DNA of 64,000 bases from Trichosphaerium sp. ATCC 40318. Taxonomy: Eukaryota > Protista > Tubulinea. Where the stretch lies: the NCBI GenBank assembly GCA_038496445.1, contig JALMLS010000015.1, positions 727,303-791,302 of the forward strand, in the 5' to 3' direction. Both the position numbers and the translations under genes were made by a program. This document shows positions 24,734 through 35,727 of this stretch, piece by piece (the first letter of the stretch is position 1; the number at the start of each line of letters is the position of its first letter). The notes under the pieces are model-generated. The model was not told the DNA's origin, ran no database searches, and saw nothing but the letters and a program-made list of their open reading frames with translations.

Positions 24734-25410
24734 CCTTTTTTGCAGACGCACCAGAAACTGGTGCAATCTGTTTGTTGAGTGTAAGAGAGTACAGTAGTAA
24801 TAGTTTTAGCGCCTATATTCTACTGTTGAAAAAAACAAACGTTTTATTGCAGCTACGCTGCATATTTCAGAGAATAAACGAGTCTAAAAGACGAGTTTGT
24901 GAACGCACAAAGTGCATTCACTAATAATTATGAAGACAAGTGTATCTAAAACGCAAAGCGTTTTGGTACACGAGTAACTAACTAATAACAAATAAAACAA
25001 GACAAGTTAAAAAAGCAACGCTTTTGTAAACGAGTCGCAACACTCTTTATTCAGCTTGATAGGAATTTCTGTTACAAGATAAGAATGGTTTTCTGTTGTA
25101 CCATTCTACAAAAAGCGTGAACGCTTTTTCATATGCTGAGCGGGATTTTGTTGGCAGCAAGCTGTTTGCGGATTGGCGTAAATATTCTTCCTCCTCTGGA
25201 CTGAAGCTGCGTTCTGCAGCCATACTTAAGGGCAAAATAACTGAATTAAAGCTTAAGTTGCCAGTATTTATTTGAAATACAGCTTCTGGTGCATCTACAA
25301 AAAAGGTACCACTCGTTCAAAAAAGCTCCATTCACCACTCGTTGTTTTTAGGCCCTAATTTACTCGTACTTCGTACTCGTTGCATAACTGGGCCGAAAAA
25401 CAACTTGTGG
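24734..25410 (-). mobile_element. Crypton-like (tyrosine recombinase) non-autonomous remnant
   Basis: 27-bp inverted repeat (24734-24760 / 25280-25306, 3 mismatches) around ORF 25047-25235 (SANSLLPTKSRSAYEKAFTLFVEW, resembling a YR N-terminal SAM-like domain). An adjacent 21-bp hairpin spans 25335-25410. Confidence 0.55.
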
Positions 25411-25594
25411 CAAAAAGTAACAAAAGAAAAACTACAAGAGATTTTTGACAATACCGCGCTTATAGATTATTTAGCTATCATTAGCGGGAATGTTAAAATT
25501 CTATATCAACAATCTTTAACCCTTTTGGGATCCAAGTTGACTTTTTCCTTCGGCACGTGCCAAATTAGGTCACGTGATATCTAAAACACTAAGC

Positions 25595-28235
25595 ATGCGC
25601 ACAGCTGATTTGTTTTTGTTAATATTTTGCTCATGTGTATTGATATCAGGTAAATTGAACTAAGTTTTATAAAGTGTACCACACCAACCCTTTTTTTTGC
25701 TAGTCTACGCTATTATACCACCAGAAGATGAGTTTTTCGCATCGAATTGGATCATGGAGACAGAAAACATTACTAGAGACAATGGAACCACAGAAATAGG
25801 ATCAATAAGTACAGCAGACGCTACTTATTTCATCTTTGTCTCACGCGCTAGTAAGTGACCGTTTTTAATTACACAATGGGTTTTTTATTTAAGAAGCCTT
25901 TAGTATTTAATATAATGCCGAACGTCGGTATACAAGGTGTAAGTGTAGCAGTAACAACAATACAAGGTAGCTCACATTCCACTGATAAAAACGTGATACT
26001 GACACGTGAAAGATTTGAAAGCGGGAAATAGAACTTTTGAACCTGTTTTCGTAGCAAGTGTTGCAGATGTCAAAGTGCCAACCTCCACAGATCCAACACA
26101 TCTCCCTGAATTTATTGCAATGTATCGAGCTCCAAGTGGAGAATTGGGCATCCTTCATTTTGACATAGATATATTAAACAGCGTAAGTTAAAACCTAACT
26201 AAAACCGCTTACAACACATGTTAACCTGCTTGTTTCAATCTTCAAGTCAATCATATTAAAAACCAAAGTACTGATAGAGCCTGACGTCGTAGACACGACC
26301 ACAGTTACAAAGTACTATCCAATAATACCTTGTACGTATTTATTATGGTGTTTGTTTAAATTTCATACTTACAACGTATGAAGTTGGTAATGATTACTTG
26401 GTTGATTGTTATTCCACTTCTTCTGAGAGCGCACAACTTATTATAATCAGCAACGGACTAGAATCTCGATTCCATCTATGTATGTTAATAGATCGGCTCA
26501 AACCAAAGCTTGCTTAAAATACTATCAAACTAACGTGTTAAAGCTGATAACCCTCGTGATGTGGACACTTCAGTTGTTCTCCTGAATGATAATTGTTTTC
26601 TCAGAGCATCAATTCTTCCTTTGGACAACATAATATTCGTTCTCTGGAACGGATCACAAAGTGTACTGTCATTTCACTAGTCCCAATATATTTCACTAAC
26701 ATTTTGTAGCAAGTTCCAAATTACAACTTCAATGCTGGTTCTGTTATAAAAGAAGTAGAATTAGAATACAACTCAGAAGAAGATATTATTCATATGCGTG
26801 TAGTAGACATAGACTTGAACTATTTCAGTGTACAAATCGAGCATACACAATGTGACTCAATATCTGAAAAAGAAAAACTGTTTTTTATACATGAAGAGGT
26901 GTCTGCAATGACATCAGAAAGTGTTTCTTCATCTCTAAATTCTCCATTTGTTTACATGTATTTTACGCCTTTCGTAAACTTGATGAATTTCTCACCAAAT
27001 AATAATCTAACAGGAGTACGTTACAGTTTTGTTAATGGTTATTTTGGCCTTCCTCATTTTTTCTTTCATTGAAGTCAAGTTGACTTACACCATTAACTAG
27101 GGTATTCAGAAACAAATGATGTTTGATGTACGAGAATACTCCATTAGTGGCATACTTGATAGGCATAATTGCATTCTTGTTGTACGTTTTATATGCATGT
27201 TAAATCTGTTTCTGACCATTTTTGTTTACAAGGTGCTGCTGTCATCGGACAATAATCAACAAACTGCTTTTATCAACACTGATAGTAAACTTTTCAGTTG
27301 TGATTGTACGAACAACTCTGTTTTTTTCATTCGAGAACTTATACTTTTCTAGATATCATCCCTCCAACCCTCCCTCCTAGTCTCGCTCCAACTCCACCGA
27401 CAAATACGCCAACATCACTTGCTCCTGTTATTCAGCCAGTCAGCTCACCAACAATTGAACCATCAGTTCCACCAATACCTCCAAACAAAACTATTGAGTG
27501 TATTGATAGCACTTGTCTTGAATGTGATCCCATGACATCATGTGTTATCGCAGCTGATGTAATTGTTGCCCCTGATATTTCAATAAGTGTCAGTACGCCC
27601 ACAGTGATTGAAGGTGATTTCACAAATGGTGGTGAGGTGATTCTTGTATTTGATGATGAAGAAAGTACCACTCTGTCAGTAAAAGGTAAGTTCTGTATGA
27701 ACTTTGTTTAGTTGTACAAAATGCTGTAGTGTGCCCACAATTGACAATCTCCATTTTAGGATGCTTAGTGATACTTCCAAACAGTTCATTTGTTGTTGAC
27801 GTATCAGGAGTAGACACATCATCTGACACTGTGATCGACGTTATTTCATCACCGTGTATTAATGGAAGTGTTGAAGTAGTCGCTAACGATTGTGTAAATC
27901 ATGAACAACAACTCTCGAGAACAGGGTAACATTGTTGTCAGTTTTTTGTTTTTAATTAACTTTACAAAGTCTTGCTCTCCTACTACTTACAGACGAATGT
28001 TCAGATGACAGTATTTTACCAATCGTGCTTGGCATAACGTTTGGGGTGATATTTGTAAGTAACAGCTCTTCAAGTCATTCTTCATGTACACTTTCTTACC
28101 CCTTTTTCTGAACAGATTTTTATCATATTTATCATAGCCGTATTTGTAATTAAACCTGTGAGAAGAGTAATCGTACCTTGGTCTCTCAGAAAGCCCAAGC
28201 AATCCAGTCGATCAACACTTGAACTTGAGGATTGA
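25595..28235 (+). CDS. Type-A surface protein (right arm), 14 exons
   Basis: Full in-frame model from MRTADLFLLIFCSCVLIS to ...VIVPWSLRKPKQSSRSTLELED* using GT-AG introns. Confidence 0.88.
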
Positions 28236-28724
28236 ACATAAGAGCAGTGTAAACGTTTAATTTATAGTCTTGTTTTTTGTAGCAGAAATGTTTCAGTTCT
28301 TAAACAGTCACGTGGTTTATGCTTAAAGGTGAATAAAAGAAATGGTTCTGTTCAATCTTGATTTCTTACTAAATTTACCAGTGATGTAATGTCAAGTTGC
28401 CCATTGAAAGGGATCTGTACCAACGTCCGTTACTCGATATCTTTTTTTAGCAAGTTTCGACATTGATTTGCATTTATTTTATTTGTCATAGTATGAGGAC
28501 ACTAGCTTGATAGAATATTTGTGCCGCTACTATTGCATAGTTCCAATAAGTACTGATTTAGGCTTTCGAGTGAAAAAGTTGTGATACAAAACCATACACT
28601 TGTCACGTGTACTTGTGATACTGTGAACCGATTGATATCTCTGAAGTAAAAACACCAAGCTGACTATCTTTCAGCTTTAAAAAGTCACCACAAAATTACA
28701 GAAACTAAGATTTACTTCGTCGTA

Positions 28725-30156
28725 ATGTGGTTCTTTATACAAATAGCTGCTCTATTGCTTGTTCTGATCATTTCAATACGATACGTTTTAAAACCACGTG
28801 ATAAGCCAAGAAAACGACAAAAAGGTGATGCTGTATTCGTAACAGGCTGCGAGTAAACAACTTTGTTCCAAATGTAAAAACAACTGATATTTCTACTTCT
28901 AGCACTGGCTTTGGTAACCTCCTTGTTAAAAAACTTGATAAATTAGACTACTGTGTATTTGCTGCTTGTCTCACGGAAGATGGGGCTTCAGAGCTAAAAG
29001 AAGATACCTCAGATAACGTACATACAATACAATGCGATGTAACGAAGCAGGTACCTGCTTTGAAACTACTGATAAAACCCTAGCTAACTTTTCTTTGTAC
29101 TTTGCTTTAGGATGACATTGACCGCGCCTATGATACTGTTTGCGACGTTTGTAAGGAAAAGAAATGGCGCCTAGTCAGCTTGGTCAATAACGCCGGCACT
29201 TTACAAGGCTTTATATTTGACTTAACGCCCATCTCCATCTTTGACAGAGTCTTTTCAGGTATCCCTTTTTAAAAACCGTTCACAAAAATCTTAACACGTG
29301 ACATTGTAGTGAACTTCTTTGGGTTGGTGAAGGTTACCAAGACATTTTTACGTGCGTGAGGATATAATTAGGAAGATTTATCCTTCTCAAAGATTGTTTA
29401 CAGCTTTGATCAAGAAGACAAGAGGAAGACTTGTTTTCGTTACAAGTTCAGGCGGTTTTCAACCCCTTCCATTCTTCTCAGCGTATATACCATCTAAAGA
29501 ATGTCTGAAATATTTTTATTACGGCTGACAGAGTTACCTAGTACGCTGCAGAGGGATTTTGTGGATTGTTAAGACGAGAATTAAAGCACTTTGGCATCAA
29601 AGTGTGCATTATAAGTAAGCAAGTTAACTCTACAAACTCTAGTTACTTAACAAAGTGTTACAGACCCAGGTGGTGCGAAAACACCTCTCACAGATAGGAC
29701 GCTTGATAACTCTCTGAGAGGTACATTTAAAACATAAAAAGAGATCAAATTGGTTGGTATTTACTTCAATTGTAGCTTATGATGAAGGAGATCCTGCAAT
29801 AAAACAACAATATGGAGATGTGTTTATGGATGAAATAAAAGTACTTTTTGACCCCTCAGGGGATAGAACTGGCGATCCTAGCGTTGTTGCTGATGCAATG
29901 GTAAGTCTAAAGACCAAAATATAAAGTGATGAATTTAATCTGTTGTTAAAGGTACATGCAGTCACTAGCGAGAACCCAAAAACAAGGTAGAGCTGGATTC
30001 ACGAGTTTTTTTTAGAAAGTTGAATTAATATTTGTTAGATATGTTGTTGGGATTGATGCACATATTTTCAGAGCACTAAGTCTTCTTCCTGATGAATATA
30101 ACGATTACTTGTTGAATTTCATATTCCCAGTACCTAAACCTGCATCAGAACGATAG
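28725..30156 (+). CDS. Short-chain dehydrogenase/reductase (RDH/17beta-HSD/BDH1-like) with N-terminal membrane anchor
   Basis: VTGCDTGFG, LVNNAG, VNFFG, catalytic YIPSK, LRRELKHFGIKV, NPKTRYVVG. Requires one GA-AG intron. Confidence 0.9.
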
Positions 30157-31086
30157 AACCACGTGTCTAAACACTAGAATTCGCACTTAATAATAAAAGG
30201 CTTTACCATGATATAACCAACTGTAGTATGAGGACGTGTGCTTAAGGTAGTGACTCCACAGAGTATTTGTGGTATTCACTACTACAAGCAATATCCAATA
30301 TTATTCTAAGTTTCCTACAACTTGTGCCAGCTTAAGGTGTAAATTTAACCTAACCCCTTTTGTTTGTGAAAGTAATTATTTAAGTCAGTCTATACGTTTA
30401 CTGTACCTTTGATTTATCTTTGCAAAGGCATGTATGCAAACTCTAAAACAGACATCAAAGAGTACCAATACGGTAATAACAATTGTCATTGTAAAAATAT
30501 TGGTGTAAGTTGCTTGACATTGGTACTCTCTTGCTTCGTACTGATGAAGGCGTAGATGCTGATGAAGGTTCCATATCAGACTTGAGGCTTATTTGAGATC
30601 TCGAATACAGCAATATTATCATTTTGAAATCCATCAGCAGTAACAATATTGCCTTTTTTAGGCATTGTAGCCGGCTCAACAAATTGATAATTTACTTGTA
30701 CGATTACCTTTAGACTGTTCTAAATGACCGTTTGTTAGATTACAGTCCACACAAAAGAAGCTTGTCCTAAATCTAAGGAACCATTTCCTCAGGACTGTGT
30801 ACAACAGAGCCAAATACTTGCTAAGACAGAACTTAAGACGAGCTTTCTGGATTTGCATATGAATTTAAAGTCTATACACTTTATCATAGTAGTTTATATC
30901 TTCGTGCATCACCATCAATAGTTAAGCATTCCAAGTAATAACAAAGTAAAGTCGCTTTTTTTTTTTTGATTTGTATAGTAAGTTAGGACGTGGCAACAAA
31001 TTGCAAGAAAAGGAAGCGCTACAATTAGTTGATTAGTCATGTTTTTATTAATAATTTTTTTCTACTGTTGACAGTGGTATAGTGAG

Positions 31087-33422
31087 TTACAATGTTTCTC
31101 TATTAACTTGGCTCATAGCAACTGACTCTCTTGCTTTTCTGAGAGACCACGGTACAATTGCTTTTCGAAGAGGCTTGACAACAAACACAGCCACCATGAA
31201 GACAGCAACCAGCTATATAAACGCAATGAGTACTATGAAGTATAAAGCATCACCTACCAACAAGAAGCCAAATGTTATTCCAAGTCCTATGGCCACACTG
31301 CTACTAGAACACTTATCTACAATTAACAATAACCCAAGTCCTGTAGAAGAACGTTGTTCTTCATGCTCAACACATTCTTCAGCGATGACTTGTACAGTAC
31401 CATTGATACAAGGTGATGAAATAACATTGAGTACAGTGTTGGATGATGTGCCTACTCCTGATACGTCAATAGAGAATGAACTGTTTGGTAGTATCTCTAA
31501 GCATCCTAGAGTTAAGTAAATATTGAAAGGATACTGAGGATTGTTTTCTCAAACCTGTTACAGAAAGAAGTGTGCTTTCATCATCTACAACTAGTATTAC
31601 TTCGCCTTCACTTGTGAAATCACCTTCGAAAATTGTAGGTGTGGTTATTATTACAGTAGCATCAGAAGGAACGAAAACGTCTCGTTCAACTGAACATGCT
31701 GCGCTTGTAGGATCACATTGAAGACAAGAGCTATCCACGCACTCAACTGCAAAAAAAAGTTAGTTAAGCTGATGACTAAACGAGTACTTACGGATACAAT
31801 CAAATAAGTCATCACGTGGTTCAATAAAAGCACTGAATTGGTCAATAGTTGATCCAAGCAAAACCTAAATAAAGGTAAAAAATAGAACTGTACAAAGCAA
31901 CGTACAACAAGAACACATTTGTGTCTGTCAAGAATGGCTTGTAATACAGCATTAGAACGCTCTACAGTTGGAACTGCCTTCTGCAGGGTGTTGTTCTGTA
32001 GTAGTGGTTAAAAGTCTATTAACGTATTGTGCGTACCAAATGTGGACTTGAAGAAAACATAGTATTGCTATCATTAAACAGATTGTACTGAATATATACA
32101 AACGGAGAAACAGTTGACACATTGTAAGTGTTCGCGGCTATTGATGACCCAGTATCCGCTACCTCTGTATACTGTTCTAGGAATATCACATGTCTACAGT
32201 GTTGTTGTGTGTCTATTTCAAAGAGAGCTGTAACAATACTTCCGTTAAACATTCTCAGTCCGATTACCAGAGAGTTTACAAATGAGTTGTATTCGAGATA
32301 CTCTATCTCTGATATTTCCTCTGTTTGATCCAACCCATCTTGGGTTGTGGTCTTGTAGTAGGAATTAGTTACTGTTTGTAAAAAAGGCTGCTAAAGGTCC
32401 CTTAAATGTATTGTTAAGCGAACGTACAACATTTAATACTGTATCAGATAAAGTGAAAAAGACGCTCGTCTCGTTTATCCATGCGTGTAGAAGACACATT
32501 GGTCCAACAACAGTGAACAATGGATCACGTGTGGCACTACCAAGTAAGAAACCTGAAAAGAAATAAGAACAATATAGCAGACTTCATATGACCGCGTACT
32601 GCTAGCGAGTTTCACTTTTCTGGGGCTTAGTTGAATCTCAAATGTTTGTACAAGACGTTCATTCCGGCAATAAAAATCGCTGTAATAAATACCTAGATTT
32701 TATCAATATCACGTGCACACAAATGTGATACCTTCGAATGATACAAATGTATACGAATCTACACTTTGAGGGTCTAACGTGACCGGGATTTCAATTGGCG
32801 GATTAACATAGCTCAGCGTGGCAGACTAGAAAAATTTCTAGTAAGCTGTAGGAGAATTTGCGTAACAAGTACCTTCCGATAGGTATCAAGTACCAGAGTC
32901 GATAGAGTAAATATTCCTCCTACTCGGTGCATCATATCTACCTTCGGAGAGATGCTAAAATCAAATGAAGTAGAGGGAAGTTTCAGATCCTGATATTTCG
33001 ACCTGAACAAAGGCGCAAATGTTGATCCTCCAGCGAGCCAATCTATAAACGAAGTATTTTTGAGTGAAATGAATTAATAAAACCCGTGATTACCGTCGAT
33101 AGTTGTGACAACTATATCTACACCTGATATACCTTGTACCTCTGCGAATAGGATTAGTGGTTTGGTCAAAAACGAAGAAGATGAAGAAATAAGTACCAGC
33201 GTTAGCAGCAAAGATAAAATACGTTGTATCACGTGTTACAAGGGCGCCCATTTCTGGTGGTTGTAGAGTACGACTGGAGTTAAAAAATTCGTCGGTAGGT
33301 GGTATTTGAGCATGTACCACAACAAAATAACCGATTAGCTACAATCTTTTTATCGAGTGCTTACCTGGTAGTAAAAAGATAAAACAAGATAGAACAACAG
33401 TGATCACCATTCTCTGTGGCAT
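31087..33422 (-). CDS. Chimeric surface protein: type-B-like N-domain with type-A Cys/TM/VPWSLRK C-terminus
   Basis: EEISEIEYLEYNSFVNSLVI matches the type-B copy at ~9650; the end (CVDSSCLQCDP..VPWSLRKARES) matches type A. The first intron ends in TG. Confidence 0.8.
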
Positions 33423-34029
33423 CTGTGTAGACGTCGTTTAGTTATTTATAGCGTATGTTGTTTGATATGACCCCAAGATCAAGTGAAACTCCTTTTTGGC
33501 GTTTGGGTTAAGAAATTTGTAAACAGACTCCAAATAGTAATTTAAATCACATAGTATTTTTTTACACATTTTATTCCGTAGACATCATTAGTGTTATAAT
33601 CCGATTAGTGAAGCCTTCTCTATGAAAAATTGTATGTGCCAGCGGTTCCCTTTTTTTATTTCTGGAAAAAAATCAAGTGTTCTTCCATTTATGGCTTGGA
33701 TGATCTTTCTCTAACTCCTCATTGAGATCAGTGGTAAGAAGGTTTCCGATATCTGTCAGTTTATGCGACTTCTGATATTTGATTCCGTACACTTAACTTA
33801 ACATAGTTTAAGTCATTATTGATCTTGGCAATTTTGAGGCTATTTTATACGCCACAGAAAACAAGAGCCACACGCCCACCTTTTGGTTAACGTTAACTCT
33901 ATTTCTTTTTACTGCATCCGTTCTGAGACGATCATTGACCAACAACAAAAAGTTAGCATTAACGTTGTAACCAACGTGAGTTTGACATACATAACACAGT
34001 TTTATTTGCTAATTATCAAATAAGGCACA

Positions 34030-35157
34030 ATGGAATCGATTAAAAAGCTGAAGACTTCATTTAACGAAAACTCAGAAAAACTGCGTAAATTAGAACTACT
34101 AGATATTCCAACAGAGATTATCGCTCATTTGCTATCGTTCATCGGTGTCTCTGATCGATATCGGGTTTCTCAGAGCTGTAAAGGATTGAGTGACGTCATT
34201 CATTGCTTTATTGGATACAACCACATCAATGTTCGTACAACAGCAAGTTGTTCTCGCCTCTCTGGCAGTCCACTTTTAAAAAACACCAAAATATCACTAA
34301 AGCGGTTCTCAAAAGCAACAGACACTGATCTCGCCTTTCTGGCTGGTGTCCAGTCTCTAGAACTCTCCAGTAATAATGAAATAACAGATAAGGGGCTGTA
34401 CTCCATCTGCGGTGTCCAGCATTTAGACATACGCTTCTGTACAGGCATTACAGATTGTGGCATAGAACAGCTTGCGAAACATTTAAAGTCAATTCAGTTT
34501 TACTGCGAAAGACACGTGACAGATGTAGGTATGAAATCACTTGCTGGGGTACCTAAGATCGGTTTGGAATTTTGTAGAGTTACAGATGACGTGTTGAATG
34601 CGCTAGCTGGAGTTCATACAATTTACTTAAATGCTTGCCGACATATTACAGATTCAGGTATTTCAGCGTTAGCTGGTGTACATACTATTAGCTTAGCTGG
34701 TACTTCAGTAACAGATAAGGGCGTAATGGCCTTAGGCGGGGTACATACCATTAATATTAGTGCGTGTCATGGCATTACAGGCGCGTGTATAAAAAACCTT
34801 TCAAGTGCATATGAAATTAATCTATCGGAAACAAATGCTACAGATGATTGGCTTTGTCAGCTTTCTAACGTTAAAATATTGAGACTGGCTCACTGTGAGC
34901 TCGTTACAGATACTGGAGTTTCAGCGTTATCTGAAGTACATACGCTTGATCTAGCTTCTTGTAAAGGCATCACTGCATCATGCATGAAAAGTTTGTCAAA
35001 AGCGTATAAAATTAATCTTTCACACACAAGCGCAACAGATGATTGGCTTGCTCCACTTTCAAGTGTCAAGGTACTAATACTATGGGGTTGTTCTGGTATA
35101 ACAGATAATTGTGTAACTGAATTAAGAGATAGAGCAGTAACAGTACATAAATTCTGA
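34030..35157 (+). CDS. F-box / leucine-rich-repeat protein (single exon)
   Basis: LLDIPTEIIAHLLSFI..DRYRVSQSCK F-box followed by LAGVHTIxLxxCxxITDxG repeats. Confidence 0.9.
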   Translation: MESIKKLKTSFNENSEKLRKLELLDIPTEIIAHLLSFIGVSDRYRVSQSCKGLSDVIHCFIGYNHINVRTTASCSRLSGSPLLKNTKISLKRFSKATDTDLAFLAGVQSLELSSNNEITDKGLYSICGVQHLDIRFCTGITDCGIEQLAKHLKSIQFYCERHVTDVGMKSLAGVPKIGLEFCRVTDDVLNALAGVHTIYLNACRHITDSGISALAGVHTISLAGTSVTDKGVMALGGVHTINISACHGITGACIKNLSSAYEINLSETNATDDWLCQLSNVKILRLAHCELVTDTGVSALSEVHTLDLASCKGITASCMKSLSKAYKINLSHTSATDDWLAPLSSVKVLILWGCSGITDNCVTELRDRAVTVHKF

Positions 35158-35166
35158 AAGGTGTAT

Positions 35167-35727
35167 TTATTTCAAGTGAGCTTGTTTCTCGTAATTTTCA
35201 ATAAAATCATCAGATACCTCTGTTACACGTGTGCGAACGTTAGTATTTGACAACAAGGTAATGTCACATAATATCTGGCGCCAAATTCTTGCAGGTAATA
35301 GTCCAGCTACAGCAATAAACTGCTCTGGTGTAAACATGATAGGTATAGGATCAGGTCCAAGATAGTGTTTATAAGCCTCACGAAGGTAGTCCCATCTATT
35401 GTGAGTGTATTGTTTAATTTGTTGAGTAAGAGAATGGTTGACCATGTTTATCTGTGCTTGCACAATTGCATTTTCTAGATCTCTTACATGCCTTATAACT
35501 TTTTCAAAGACGCATATGTTAGGGCATAGGTAATAAATCTGGTCTCCGTTTGCTGCACAAGCAAAAAAAAAATCAGATTGATTGTGATATTTTGATTGAA
35601 AGGTTGTTGTACGCATTTTCATATTCATATTTTCCCCTTGTCTCAATGTAACCTCTTCTCTAAAGAAGATTTCTATCATGGTGTATGTCCTCATGCGTGT
35701 GTGATATGCGTCTGCACCTGTCAACAT
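35167..35727 (-). CDS. Hypothetical protein (a short first exon may start at 35891)
   Basis: 186-codon open frame preceded by an acceptor; no recognisable motif. Confidence 0.55.
   Translation of the reverse strand: MLTGADAYHTRMRTYTMIEIFFREEVTLRQGENMNMKMRTTTFQSKYHNQSDFFFACAANGDQIYYLCPNICVFEKVIRHVRDLENAIVQAQINMVNHSLTQQIKQYTHNRWDYLREAYKHYLGPDPIPIMFTPEQFIAVAGLLPARIWRQILCDITLLSNTNVRTRVTEVSDDFIENYEKQAHLK

Larger units (their letters stand above)
19356..28363. repeat. Large inverted duplication: arms ~19356-22175 and ~25529-28363 with a ~3.35-kb spacer
   Basis: Mirror-image ORFs in the track (e.g. 21511-21696(-) = 26006-26191(+)). Introns, UTRs and proximal promoter are also mirrored. Confidence 0.92.

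Noticed and set aside
7285-34463. Many 60-145 aa ORFs antisense to real exons (e.g. 7285-7542, 9425-9763, 31082-31519, 34200-34463)
   Set aside because: They are shadows of coding exons on the opposite strand.
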